DNA of 64,000 nucleotides from Candidatus Poribacteria bacterium (GCA_965205025.1 CBDBFU010000021.1:32001-96000); one strand, 5' to 3'; counted from the first letter of the stretch, positions 39,237 through 50,152 are shown. Numbers and translations are program-made. Notes: a model not told the origin generated them from the sequence alone.

Positions 39237-40082
39237 CTATTTCAGGTTAGGACCTGGTGATCGATTCCACTTTATCGGTTCAGTTTCACCTTTGTATACT
39301 GGTGCGAGTTCAGAAATTCGCTCCCAATCCTCATCTGTCCATGCAGTACTTTGTCTAAGTCTACCAATATGTGCCCTCATTCCAGATGGTAATAGATCAA
39401 AATAGGGATGATACCAAAGTGTAATTACTGTCCTATCTTCCTCAGATTGATTACAGTGTGATGCATGAAGAAGTCGTGAATCACCTATTACAAGATCACC
39501 TGCTTTCACTGGCACATCAAGTTCATCAGGATAATGTTTGAAAGCTGGATGTTCTATATCCTGTACTCGTTGAAGTTCAGCACCATGGGCAGCAGGTAAT
39601 ATATCGTGTAGTTCATGTCTCTTAATATGTGATCCTTTTATTACCCGTAAACATCCATTATATGGTGTTGTATCAACCAGATAATACATGAGAAAGAGTT
39701 GTTGAGGTAGAGGAGTATAACTACATGGGTCGTTCCAACCCCACCAATCCTGATGCCAAAATAAAGGTGGACTCTTAGGTGGTTTACTAATTACATAACC
39801 TGAAGACCATTTAGGTCTTATGAAACCCAATGCTTCAAGAGTTTGTAAGACCCGAGGATAAACTACTAATTCTGAGAATATTGTATGACTATAGACACTG
39901 ATCATACTACCAGAAGAACGGTGGGCAGCACGTTCATCTTCTGTTTGTTGACTTAGTAATTCGTCTGTTATCAATCGAAGTCGGGTTAACATGTCATTCT
40001 GTAATACATTCTTAATTACACAGAACCCATCCCCAATTAATTTATCATATACCTCTTTGGGTCGATTTATTTTTATCCCCAT
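39237..40082 (-). CDS. Phytanoyl-CoA dioxygenase (PhyH) family protein
   Basis: WHQD, NGCLRVIKGSH and LLHAS..N...R. Confidence 0.9.
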   Translation of the reverse strand: MGIKINRPKEVYDKLIGDGFCVIKNVLQNDMLTRLRLITDELLSQQTEDERAAHRSSGSMISVYSHTIFSELVVYPRVLQTLEALGFIRPKWSSGYVISKPPKSPPLFWHQDWWGWNDPCSYTPLPQQLFLMYYLVDTTPYNGCLRVIKGSHIKRHELHDILPAAHGAELQRVQDIEHPAFKHYPDELDVPVKAGDLVIGDSRLLHASHCNQSEEDRTVITLWYHPYFDLLPSGMRAHIGRLRQSTAWTDEDWERISELAPVYKGETEPIKWNRSPGPNLK

Positions 40083-40102
40083 AACTACTTAATTGTTTAT
40101 TG

Positions 40103-40876
40103 TTAGTTCTTATACGCAACTAAAGAAAACCCGTTATCATGATTTGTTTGAAAATTCTTTAACCTACGCTTTTTATAGAAATGGATTATTCCAAATCCAG
40201 TTTCAACAAGACAATCTTCGACTTGTTTTGGATTAAGAAACTTTACGAAAAATTCACATTTAAAATGCTTATTTGTATTGTAATCTAATTTTAACCAAGT
40301 ATGCTTTTCTCCCTTATTTTCCTCATCATATTCAGCATTCTGATGGATATAGACATTTTTCTCAATTTCAGTCTGTTTCTTCCAAGGATAATTCTTTTTT
40401 ATAATTGTCTGATTTGGGTGAACGAAATATAACCTGCCATGCGGTTTTAAAGCTTTATATATACGGGATAACAATGAAACTAACCCATCTTTCGATTTAT
40501 AGAAAAATGAACCTTCAAAGAAAATTACAGAGAACTCCTCTTCAAAACTCATTTCATTATAATCACCTAATATATACTCTATATCTAATTCTTCAGATTT
40601 AGTAATTTCTCGTGCTTCAGATAAGAAATTCTCTGAATAATCCATACCAGTAATATGATAACCCTTACGAGCAAACTCACGAGTATAACTACCAATACCA
40701 CAACCTGCATCTAATATTGTGTCGGACTTGGATAGAGATAATACTGATTCATAGAATGGAATATGTTTACAGACAAATTCGGGTGATTCGAAATTAAACC
40801 TGCCATGTGTTAGATACCATTCATCGTATATCTTATCTCCGAAATCAGTATTGATATATTTTGTTTGAAGATTCAT
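40103..40876 (-). CDS. Class I SAM-dependent methyltransferase
   Basis: ILDAGCGIG, GMDYS and LKPHG. Confidence 0.9.
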   Translation of the reverse strand: MNLQTKYINTDFGDKIYDEWYLTHGRFNFESPEFVCKHIPFYESVLSLSKSDTILDAGCGIGSYTREFARKGYHITGMDYSENFLSEAREITKSEELDIEYILGDYNEMSFEEEFSVIFFEGSFFYKSKDGLVSLLSRIYKALKPHGRLYFVHPNQTIIKKNYPWKKQTEIEKNVYIHQNAEYDEENKGEKHTWLKLDYNTNKHFKCEFFVKFLNPKQVEDCLVETGFGIIHFYKKRRLKNFQTNHDNGFSLVAYKN

Positions 40877-41130
40877 TGACTCCTTACTACAAAGTGATTT
40901 ATTTTAATGGAAATATTTCTATACTTTGTTTCAATACTCTTTATGAAACCATATAATTATATATATGTCAAGAAATTAACAGGATATAAGGAATAAAAGA
41001 TGTGTGAGTATGGTAGGTAGAAAAGTCACTCCAAATTAATATGATTAAAATGTAATCATTTAATTCTAAATCTACTATATGTGGTAACATAATGATATAG
41101 AAATGTCATTATTTAACGTAGGAGAAAACT

Positions 41131-42126
41131 ATGAATGAGAATGTGAGTCGGCAAATTCAACTAAAAAATAGTATTATTGGAATACCTAAACCAGAGGATT
41201 TTCAACTGATTGAGGAAACTTTATCTGAACCGGTGGAAGGAGAGGTATTAGTTAAGAATATCTTTATTTCTGTTGACCCATATATGAGAGGAGGGATGCG
41301 TTCTGTCAATTCTGGGCATTCGCTCCAAGGTGGATGTGTAGGTAAGGTGGTTCAATCAAAATCTGAACAATTGGATGTTGGTGATTATGTGGTCGGTTAT
41401 TTAGGATGGAGAGATTATTATATTACAACTGCTGAAAGTTTACAATCTATCAATTCCACTATAGCTCCGTTACAGTCATTTTTAGGGGCAGTGGGAATGC
41501 CAGGAAGGACTGCCTATTTTGGATTATTAGATATAGGTGAACCAAAAGAAGGAGAAACAGTTTTTGTTTCTGCAGCTGCAGGGGCAGTTGGATCAATTGT
41601 ATGTCAGATTGCTAAAATCAAAGGATGTAAAGTTGTTGCAAGTGCTGGAACAGATGATAAATTAGCATGGTTAACTGAAAAGGCACAGGTTGATGCTGTC
41701 ATTAATTATAATAAAGTTGATGACTTAGAAGCTGAATTACGAAGACATTGTCCAGATGGAATTGATATCTATTTTGAGAACGTTGGAGGTATTCACCTAC
41801 AAGCCGCCTTAGCAGTAATGAATATGCATGGACGTATCCCATTATGTGGGATGATCTCTCAATACAATGATGTAGAACCAACTCCTGGACCAACAAATTT
41901 GAGTTCGGCAATTGGTAAACGGATAAAAATTCAAGGTTTTATTGTTACTGATTACGAAAACCGTAATCAAGAATTCTACCAGAATATGAGAAAATGGATC
42001 TCCGAAGACAAGATCACATGGGAAGAGACAATTGTAGACGGTTTAGAAAATGCTCCAAAGGCTTTTATTTCATTGTTTACTGGGAATAAGATTGGGAAGG
42101 TCGTTGTTAGAGTAGAATCAGATTAG
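41131..42126 (+). CDS. NADP-dependent oxidoreductase (CurA/PTGR-like)
   Basis: SVDPYMRG, GMPGRTAY, VSAAAGAVGS, YFENVGG and CGMISQYN. Confidence 0.92.
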   Translation: MNENVSRQIQLKNSIIGIPKPEDFQLIEETLSEPVEGEVLVKNIFISVDPYMRGGMRSVNSGHSLQGGCVGKVVQSKSEQLDVGDYVVGYLGWRDYYITTAESLQSINSTIAPLQSFLGAVGMPGRTAYFGLLDIGEPKEGETVFVSAAAGAVGSIVCQIAKIKGCKVVASAGTDDKLAWLTEKAQVDAVINYNKVDDLEAELRRHCPDGIDIYFENVGGIHLQAALAVMNMHGRIPLCGMISQYNDVEPTPGPTNLSSAIGKRIKIQGFIVTDYENRNQEFYQNMRKWISEDKITWEETIVDGLENAPKAFISLFTGNKIGKVVVRVESD

Positions 42127-42146
42127 TGTATCTATTTATAACAGAA

Positions 42147-42175
42147 AACGCCGATTACTAAATTGAATCGGCGTT
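42147..42175. terminator. Terminator-like hairpin between convergent genes
   Basis: aacgccgatt...aatcggcgtt. Confidence 0.55.
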
Positions 42176-42278
42176 ATCATTTCTGAATTAATGCATCAAT
42201 GTCTTCAACTATGGATTAGTTCAGATAATCACACGGTGAAGAAACATTAGTATCTATCTACTTAGTTGATTGTATAAA

Positions 42279-43274
42279 TTAGACAAATGCAGCTCTATCC
42301 ACATCTGATAGATATACTCGTGCACCATTTTGTAAAGCGGATCGGTGAACTGCTGCTTCAAACAAGAGCTCGTTCCATGCAGCTTCTCCGTCTGCAGGAA
42401 ATGCTTCGTCATTTTGCATAGCTTTTATGACACCATCAGCCATTCTCTTAAAGGATTGAGGCATTTCAGGCTGTCCGGGTTCGTTATCCCATTTCTCTTC
42501 TACTTCAGAATTATTTGCTTTTCGTCTGACATAAGAACCATCAAGACCTTTAGCTTCAGCATAAGACTTATCACCGAGGATTTTCACACGTAGTGGATGG
42601 TCATCATATCCCCACAAATTAGTACCAATCAGTGAACCCACTACTCCATTTTCCCAACCTATATGAATTAGTCGTTTCCAACCACCACCCTCATTTGGAT
42701 TACCGGTGACACTAACCCATTCAGGAACTCCCATGGACCATAAGATCTGATCAATAACATGGGACCAACAGTTAAAATGGGCACGGGCATGTAACATGCG
42801 TATTTCACCAAGATTACCTTCAACCACATCCTCGTGAAGTTTACGAAAATGTTCCATAAAACGGTAATTGTAATCTATACCAAATTTTTGGTTCGATTCC
42901 CGCCATTCTGCTATAGCAGGAGCAGCAATTGCCAAATCTGCTTCTCGGACAGTGGCTTGTCCTTGTAAACCACATAACGGTTTTTCTGTGAATACATTTT
43001 GTCCAGCAGCGATTAATTCACGTAATGGTGGAATTCGTCTTGTTTCATTCACAATCAAGAGTACCAGTTCAGCATCACAGTTTGCTAATAGCTCTTCAAT
43101 TGTTAGATAACCCTCTACACCAAATTTTTCCTTTGCATTGTTTAATAAATTCTCATCCATATCACAAACTGCGACGACTTCTGCATCTGGATGATCATGG
43201 AAATTACCACCATGCATCATTCCCATTCCTCTTCCACTAATTAAGGCACACTTTATCATATTAAATCCTCTCAA
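42279..43274 (-). CDS. Gfo/Idh/MocA family oxidoreductase
   Basis: VVAVCD, VFTEKP, NYRF and HVID. Confidence 0.88.
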   Translation of the reverse strand: MRGFNMIKCALISGRGMGMMHGGNFHDHPDAEVVAVCDMDENLLNNAKEKFGVEGYLTIEELLANCDAELVLLIVNETRRIPPLRELIAAGQNVFTEKPLCGLQGQATVREADLAIAAPAIAEWRESNQKFGIDYNYRFMEHFRKLHEDVVEGNLGEIRMLHARAHFNCWSHVIDQILWSMGVPEWVSVTGNPNEGGGWKRLIHIGWENGVVGSLIGTNLWGYDDHPLRVKILGDKSYAEAKGLDGSYVRRKANNSEVEEKWDNEPGQPEMPQSFKRMADGVIKAMQNDEAFPADGEAAWNELLFEAAVHRSALQNGARVYLSDVDRAAFV

Positions 43275-43428
43275 TTCTGAAATTTTTAATAGTTTACCTG
43301 TATTCTTATATATTGTAAATACAAGAATATCTCATCATCTCAAATATCTGATTTCAGATACTACATTATTAAGAATTGGTGAAAGATAATGATTCTTTCA
43401 ATTTGAATTACTGAATTACAATTTATTA

Positions 43429-43721
43429 TAGTTTGGACAATTATCAGTTATTTTAGGTTGATCTGATACTAAAGTAGTCGCTTGAATCAAAACTACATCA
43501 TCATACATTTCGCACCTCGAATCAACGGTATGAATGCCATTAGGGCATTCCCCGGGGCTTTGTTAGTGGATTTCACTGTTTTCTACAAATATTTCGCCCC
43601 TCTGGGGCTTTTAATAATTCACATTGCAGTATTTCTTAGTTTAAAATTAATGTAAATGACAGACAGAAATACAACTATCCTTGGAAAAATAACATGACTA
43701 AGTGTTAAACAGTCCAAACTA
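43429..43721. mobile_element. MITE with TAGTTTGGAC terminal inverted repeats, TA-flanked, with internal REP doublet
   Basis: ta|tagtttggac...gtccaaacta|ta; internal atttcgcccctctggggct. Confidence 0.65.
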
Positions 43722-43744
43722 TAGTATAATTTACTGATACTATA

Positions 43745-44878
43745 TTATTGGGATGCTGATTTTGCACAACGAAAACCGATTAAATGACTTGTACGTGCGG
43801 GTTCATTACCCCGTCTATAAGTAATCGAAACTCGAGGTTGACCACTTTCTACCCAAGATCCGCCTCTAATCGAACGTGATGATGTGATTCTCTGATATTC
43901 AATCTGTATCTCTTTAATAGTATCATTTCCACCAATAGGATTGGTATTGGATATATTATCTAAATAGTCTCTTTCATATCGATCAATACACCACTCCAGA
44001 ACATTACCCACCATATCATAAATCTCAAAATCATTCGGTAGATATTTACCTACAGGTGTAGTATTACCTGTGACACCAACATTTAATGAATAATTAGCCT
44101 TCTGATCATCAATTGTATTACCCCATGGATATTTTAGACCTTCAACTCCACCACGAGCTGCCTTTTCCCATTCTGCTTCTGTTGGGAGTCTTTTATCCAC
44201 CCATTGTGCATAAGCAACTGAAGCATACCAACTGACATATACTACTGGATGATCACCTTTATCAATAGGATAGTCATCTCCATCCCAATTTGAAAGATAA
44301 TTACCATCATGGTAGTTTGAGTCAATGTTTTCTTTATTCCAATTTGGATTTTCATCTATGAATTTTTTAAAATCTTGATTGGTAACTTCATATTGATCTA
44401 TATAAAAACTATCTAAAGATATAGCATTACCTATTTGCTCTACAATTCCTGCTTCATCACTAAGATAACCTATCTTGAATTCTCCTTCAGGAATTAATAC
44501 CATTCCATCTGGGATTCCTACTTCTGATTTTATAACAGTATAAGATAGACTATGATTACCTCCATCCCATTCTATTTCAATAGTTAAATCTCCCAGTTGA
44601 AATGGACCTGAAATAGAAATGGAATTTCCATTCTTGGTAATAGCTCCATTCGATACAGTCACATTTTCAGGAGTACCACTGAATTTCACCAGGATAATGG
44701 AATCAGTAGTAATCATATTTCCATCAGAAGGACTTACGGACAATAATAAGATTGAATCTTCTTCACCACATCCGATTACAAGTATAATGATAAATAATAT
44801 ATTAAGGATTGATATATTACACCGTTGCAATAGTTTCTCCTCTTTTAGTATTACACCTAATTGTTTAAAGTTGTCCAT
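43745..44878 (-). CDS. Formylglycine-generating enzyme (SUMF1/FGE-sulfatase) domain lipoprotein
   Basis: YEVTN, HPVVYVSW, RLPTEAEWEKAARGG, DMVGNVLEW, RGGSW and GFRC. Confidence 0.92.
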   Translation of the reverse strand: MDNFKQLGVILKEEKLLQRCNISILNILFIIILVIGCGEEDSILLLSVSPSDGNMITTDSIILVKFSGTPENVTVSNGAITKNGNSISISGPFQLGDLTIEIEWDGGNHSLSYTVIKSEVGIPDGMVLIPEGEFKIGYLSDEAGIVEQIGNAISLDSFYIDQYEVTNQDFKKFIDENPNWNKENIDSNYHDGNYLSNWDGDDYPIDKGDHPVVYVSWYASVAYAQWVDKRLPTEAEWEKAARGGVEGLKYPWGNTIDDQKANYSLNVGVTGNTTPVGKYLPNDFEIYDMVGNVLEWCIDRYERDYLDNISNTNPIGGNDTIKEIQIEYQRITSSRSIRGGSWVESGQPRVSITYRRGNEPARTSHLIGFRCAKSASQ

Positions 44879-44969
44879 TAGTCTGAATCATAGAAATAAC
44901 ATTAGACTTGTTGTAAGTGAGACTATTCATACAGTGTCTATTTTTATGCATTCACTATAGTTTAAATAT

Positions 44970-45854
44970 CTAATTCATACTAAATACATTGTCTATTTCT
45001 AAACTCAATAAATCTAATATCTCTTTCTTAAGGTTAATATAAGAACTATCAGTCGTAGATCTTGGTCGTTCTAAATTAACATATATTTCAGATTTTATTG
45101 TTGCTGGTCGGGCTGTCAACACTATAATTTTATCTGCAAGACTCAGTGCTTCCTCTACATCATGTGTGATTAGAAGAACAGATTGTTTTTTCTTATTCCA
45201 AATATCCATTAGAATTGACTGCATTACAGACCGTGTCATAGCATCCAATGCACCAAATGGTTCATCTAATAGTAAGAATTCCTTATTACATAGGAGTGTC
45301 CTTACCAATGCAACTCGTTGTCGCATACCACCAGATAATTGGTTTGGATAACTATTTTCAAACCCTTGTAATCCTAACTGAGATAGTAATGATAATGCTT
45401 TAGATCTATGTTGTTGCATACCACCAGATAATTGGTTTGGATAACTATTTTCAAACCCTTGTAATCCTAACTGAGACAGTAATGATAATACTTTAGATTT
45501 TAATGATAATACTTTAGATTTTACAAATTCTTTATAATTCCTTCGTATTTCTGGTCCAATAATTACATTCTTTAATACGGTACGCCATGGCATAAGAAGA
45601 TCTTTCTGTTGCATATATCCAAAAGCATCGGTATGGCTATCTACATATTCTCCATTTAAATACATTGCACCATTTTCAGGTGGAATTAGTCCTGCTATTA
45701 TATTAAAAAGAGTACTTTTCCCGCATCCAGAAGGACCTAATAATGCAATAAATTCACCATCATCAACTATAAAATCCAGGCTGTTGAGAACATTTAGCTT
45801 TTTGTTTTTGTGACTGAAGGAATGGGTTAACCCTCTAATGTGTAGTTTCGCCAT
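44970..45854 (-). CDS. ABC transporter ATP-binding protein (SsuB/TauB-like) with internal duplication
   Basis: GPSGCGKST, two LSGGM motifs, LLLDEPFGALD and ITHD. Confidence 0.9.
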   Translation of the reverse strand: MAKLHIRGLTHSFSHKNKKLNVLNSLDFIVDDGEFIALLGPSGCGKSTLFNIIAGLIPPENGAMYLNGEYVDSHTDAFGYMQQKDLLMPWRTVLKNVIIGPEIRRNYKEFVKSKVLSLKSKVLSLLSQLGLQGFENSYPNQLSGGMQQHRSKALSLLSQLGLQGFENSYPNQLSGGMRQRVALVRTLLCNKEFLLLDEPFGALDAMTRSVMQSILMDIWNKKKQSVLLITHDVEEALSLADKIIVLTARPATIKSEIYVNLERPRSTTDSSYINLKKEILDLLSLEIDNVFSMN

Positions 45855-45890
45855 AATAAAATAGTTAAGAAATTTAATGGTTGGAACTCA

Positions 45891-46766
45891 TTATCTTTTA
45901 TTAGTTCGTTGACGGAAGAAACGAATGAGTGGCAGTATATAAGATTGATCAGTTTGTATATCTATTGAATCAACTTGACTATTCTTGAAGGTATTTTGTC
46001 TTTCATTAATAATTTCTGAGTTTTGTTTAATGTATAAGTTCCTTATATGATCTGATCTTGAGTCAATTAGTTTACGTTTACCAGTTTCTGCATCCTCTAA
46101 TTCAATCAATCCGACATTTGGCATCACAGATTCCCTGCGATCTTCAAGTGTAATAGCAATAAGAGTGTGTCTTTTATTCGTCACTCTAAGTTGTTTCTGA
46201 TAATCGGTATCCTTAAAATCTGAAATAAGGAATATTACACTATGGGGTTTTAATACCTTATCAGCAAATCTCAATGCCTGTGATATATCTGTTCCTGAGT
46301 GATTGGGTTGAAATCGTAAAATATCTCGTACGACACGTAGTACATGTTTTTTCCCTTTTTGTGGTGGAACAAAGTGCTCAACGTCATTTGTGAAACAGAT
46401 TAAGCCGACTTTATCATTATTTTTAATTGCCGAGAATGCTAACAATGCTGTTATTTCAGCTGCGATTTCCGCTTTTGTCTCATCAATACTTCCATATAAG
46501 GTGGATGCGCTTAGATCAACAATCAGCATCATAACCAATTCCCGTTCTTCAATATATTTTTTGACAAAAGGCTGACCCATCCGAGCAGTAACATTCCAAT
46601 CAATAGTTCGTATCTCATCCCCCTCTTGGTATTCACGGACTTCATCAAAGGTTAACCCTTGACCTTTAAAAAAACTCTTGTACTCACCTGCGAATACAGT
46701 ATTTACGATACGGTTAGTGAAAATATCAATCCGTTGAATCTTCTTAAGGAGATCTTTCTCTACCAT
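45891..46766 (-). CDS. DUF58 domain protein
   Basis: FDEVREYQEGDEIRTIDWNVTAR, EERE and ISDF. Confidence 0.92.
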   Translation of the reverse strand: MVEKDLLKKIQRIDIFTNRIVNTVFAGEYKSFFKGQGLTFDEVREYQEGDEIRTIDWNVTARMGQPFVKKYIEERELVMMLIVDLSASTLYGSIDETKAEIAAEITALLAFSAIKNNDKVGLICFTNDVEHFVPPQKGKKHVLRVVRDILRFQPNHSGTDISQALRFADKVLKPHSVIFLISDFKDTDYQKQLRVTNKRHTLIAITLEDRRESVMPNVGLIELEDAETGKRKLIDSRSDHIRNLYIKQNSEIINERQNTFKNSQVDSIDIQTDQSYILPLIRFFRQRTNKR

Positions 46767-46842
46767 TACAAACCATACTATAGATTTTCATTGATTAATT
46801 CACTACTTGCCTTTATATTATCAAATGTGAGATTAGAAATCA

Positions 46843-47700
46843 ATGCAAAATAGTTATGGAGGAAGAATGGGATTCAAGCATATTAAAGGCACATCAGCTG
46901 AACAACACAATGAAATAGAAACTGGTTTTATCAAACATGTAGTATTCGATTTTGATGGAACAATCTCATTGATCCGAGATGGATGGCAAAATGTAATGGT
47001 ACCAATGATGGTTGAGTTTCTACAGACAGAAACAGAAACCAAAGAATCACAAGAAGAACTTGAAGGAATTGTTGTAGAATTCGTTGATAGACTAACAGGT
47101 AAACAAACAATATATCAGATGATGCAGTTAGTTGATGAGATTGAAAAACGGGGAGGACAGCCAAAAGATCCTTTAACCTATAAAGATGAATATAATAGTC
47201 GATTACTTCCAATTGTAGACCAGAGGATTTCTGACTTATATAATGGGAAAATTAATCCTGACACTTTACGTGTACCGAAGTCATACGAATTTCTCAAGAA
47301 ACTTAATGATATGGGTATAAAATGCTATCTTGCCAGTGGAACAGATGTAGAATTTGTAAAAAATGAAGCAGAACTTCTGGAAGTTGCTAAGTATCTTACT
47401 GGTGGTATCTATGGGGCATTACGTGAATATAAGAAATTCTCAAAGGCTATGGTAATTCAGAAAATACTCACGGATTTTAATCTTTCGGGGAATGAATTGT
47501 TAATAATAGGTGATGGATATGTGGAGATTGAAAATGCAAAGGCTGTAGATGCGATTGCAATAGGGGTTGCATCAGTTGAAGACAATGTTTACAATATGAA
47601 CGCTGATAAGCGTGAGCGTCTGATTCGTGCAGGGGCAGATATAATCATCGATGATTTTCGTGAAGGGGATGAACTTATAAGTTTTCTGTTTGATTGGTGA
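46843..47700 (+). CDS. HAD family hydrolase
   Basis: FDFDGT, LASGT and IGDG. Confidence 0.88.
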   Translation: MQNSYGGRMGFKHIKGTSAEQHNEIETGFIKHVVFDFDGTISLIRDGWQNVMVPMMVEFLQTETETKESQEELEGIVVEFVDRLTGKQTIYQMMQLVDEIEKRGGQPKDPLTYKDEYNSRLLPIVDQRISDLYNGKINPDTLRVPKSYEFLKKLNDMGIKCYLASGTDVEFVKNEAELLEVAKYLTGGIYGALREYKKFSKAMVIQKILTDFNLSGNELLIIGDGYVEIENAKAVDAIAIGVASVEDNVYNMNADKRERLIRAGADIIIDDFREGDELISFLFDW

Positions 47701-47729
47701 AATCTATGTAATATCACATCTTCAATAAT

Positions 47730-47757
47730 AGGGACATCAGTACAATCTGATGTCCCT
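47730..47757. terminator. Bidirectional terminator-like hairpin
   Basis: agggacatcag-tacaat-ctgatgtccct between convergent genes. Confidence 0.65.
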
Positions 47758-47802
47758 TATATAATTTATCTGAAAGTAAAACGGTTATACTTCGATTTCT
47801 TT

Positions 47803-50079
47803 CTAATTATTCTTTAATTCACCCCAAAGGATCGTTGCTTTACCTTTAGCTTCTACATTCAAATTCTTAGCCTTTGGTTCAGAAATATTGGATATAATGA
47901 AATTGTCAACAACAAAATGTGATAATGGCACCTCACCTGTGTAAGCTATAATTCCAAGAACATCAATATAGGGTAGGTTGGGTTCATCAAATTCAAGAAT
48001 ATGTTCACCTTCAGATAGTAATTCAAAATGACCTTTGTTGAAGTCGATTTCAATATTCTTGAGTGGACCAAATTTTACTTTTGGGTTTTGTCCTTTGAAT
48101 GCTATAGGTCCCCATATACTACTGTGAAGAAAATCATAAGTACGTCTATAAATGTTTCCATCATGGGTTCGCTGTCCAATGAAAATTCCAACACCCGAAT
48201 TTACTGCTTCAAGTATATCCATTTTCACGTTTAATGTTTCAGCTTTTATTTGAAACCCAACAAATTCTAAGATATAAGTTTGAAATATAGCATGATGTTG
48301 CAGTGGTTCAATCCAAACATCCAAGGTCCCATCTTTTGTCTTCCAGGTAGATCGATTACGATTAATTTGATGCTTGGGTTGTTTCCAAGATTTTAGTTCT
48401 GCATCGCTGAAATTTTCAACCCATGCGTCTTTTATAACGATTTTTTCATCATCCAAATTCTCATTTTGATCAATTTTCACTGGACCTTTGTTTGGAATAG
48501 TTGGACCTGAAATTTCAAAATCGTCCAGAATCGCAGATGCATTTTCACTACAACGATCTACAAACATAGCAATGCCTACATAGTTAATTTTATCTATATC
48601 AATGTCTTTAAAATCAGCAATGCATTTTCCTTCAGAGAATAGATAGAAATCTCCATGTTCGAATATGACATCAATTTCGTCAATGTTATATCCAATTGAG
48701 GGTGCAGCATTATATGCTATATTATCTGGATTACCTATTGTATGATTTCCAAATAGATAGGTGTGTTTAAATTGTCGTACAAATAAACTATCTGGCTTCT
48801 TACCTATAAAAATACCAGCGAACGCATTATCCGTTGAATTAACCTTTAGTTTTACTCTAAGTTGTTCTGTATCAATTGGAAATGCAGTAAATTCAAGTGT
48901 TGTATTCGTTTCTTGAGCAAGTTCATCACCAATATTTAACCGATCCCGACAGAACGGTTGTGTATTAACTTCCAGTTGTCCATCTACTATTTCCCATGCA
49001 GCTCTGTCCCGTTGATGTTCAAGTCTTGTCCAAGAATTTAGGTTAGGTTCACCAAAGTCTTCTACCCATGTATTAAAATTTTCAATTAGAAGTGCTTCAG
49101 GAATTGCTGGCATTTTAAAATCATCAGGAGGTGTGATATTCCAAAGCCTGACAAGATCATCATTTCCAACACTTGCTAATGTATTACCATCAGGACTAAA
49201 TGCGATGTCATATTTTTCTATATTGTCATCTTTGAGGTTTTGAATAAGTGTGCCTTTTTTCATATCCCATAAACTGATTTGTCCATCATCTTTTCCTGTT
49301 GCAAGGATTCGTCCATCCTGACTAATATCAACACATAAGAGAAATCTTCCAGTGTCTTTATTTATACTTCGTATATTACTTCCAGTATTTGCATCCCAAA
49401 TATCTATAGCAGCCCAGCCAACAGCAGCTAATGTGAAGTCCTCAGAACTAAATGCAATATCAAAGACATCATGACCAGAAGGTGTGAGTTTATGAATAAG
49501 TACTCCAGTATTTGCATTCCATACTTTTACACTCAAATCTTTACATCCGCCACTTGCAAGAAGTGAACCATCAGCACTAAAGGATAACCCATCAAGATTC
49601 CCTGCCTCCCATGTACGAATTAGTTCACCTGTTTTTGGATTCCAAATATCTATATGTCCATCTCGACTTCCAGTTGCCAGAATATCTCCAACAGGTGAAA
49701 AAGCAATATCCCCTATAAATGTATGATTCCCATTTAATACTCTTAGAAGTGCACCTGATTCAGGATTCCAAAGATTTATAACTTTCTCATTTCCTCCACC
49801 ACTTGCGAGGATAGATCCGTCTGGACTAAATTCCAAACCTGCCCCAGGAATTGTATCAATAACTCGTAAAAGTTGTCCAGAATTAGGATTCCATAAACGT
49901 ATAGTTGCATCGGCACTATAAGTTGCAAGAATATCACCTTCAGGACTATATGCGACACTTATGATTTTATCTGTGTGTCCACTGAGAACTAAGTCTGGTG
50001 TATCTGCTACAAGTGTAAGAGGTAATAAAAATGCGAGTATAGAAATACATAATGTTTTCACGAAATGTTTGACTTTCAT
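47803..50079 (-). CDS. Secreted WD40 protein with two tandem C-terminal domains
   Basis: Signal peptide, about 7 WD40 repeats, duplicated WVE.F....L.SW domain, tail VEAKGKATILWGELK. Confidence 0.88.
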   Translation of the reverse strand: MKVKHFVKTLCISILAFLLPLTLVADTPDLVLSGHTDKIISVAYSPEGDILATYSADATIRLWNPNSGQLLRVIDTIPGAGLEFSPDGSILASGGGNEKVINLWNPESGALLRVLNGNHTFIGDIAFSPVGDILATGSRDGHIDIWNPKTGELIRTWEAGNLDGLSFSADGSLLASGGCKDLSVKVWNANTGVLIHKLTPSGHDVFDIAFSSEDFTLAAVGWAAIDIWDANTGSNIRSINKDTGRFLLCVDISQDGRILATGKDDGQISLWDMKKGTLIQNLKDDNIEKYDIAFSPDGNTLASVGNDDLVRLWNITPPDDFKMPAIPEALLIENFNTWVEDFGEPNLNSWTRLEHQRDRAAWEIVDGQLEVNTQPFCRDRLNIGDELAQETNTTLEFTAFPIDTEQLRVKLKVNSTDNAFAGIFIGKKPDSLFVRQFKHTYLFGNHTIGNPDNIAYNAAPSIGYNIDEIDVIFEHGDFYLFSEGKCIADFKDIDIDKINYVGIAMFVDRCSENASAILDDFEISGPTIPNKGPVKIDQNENLDDEKIVIKDAWVENFSDAELKSWKQPKHQINRNRSTWKTKDGTLDVWIEPLQHHAIFQTYILEFVGFQIKAETLNVKMDILEAVNSGVGIFIGQRTHDGNIYRRTYDFLHSSIWGPIAFKGQNPKVKFGPLKNIEIDFNKGHFELLSEGEHILEFDEPNLPYIDVLGIIAYTGEVPLSHFVVDNFIISNISEPKAKNLNVEAKGKATILWGELKNN

Positions 50080-50152
50080 AGATATTTACTCCTATAACAA
50101 TTGTAATAAGTAGATATTTAGAACACAAATTATAGAAATAATGTAGGAAGTA

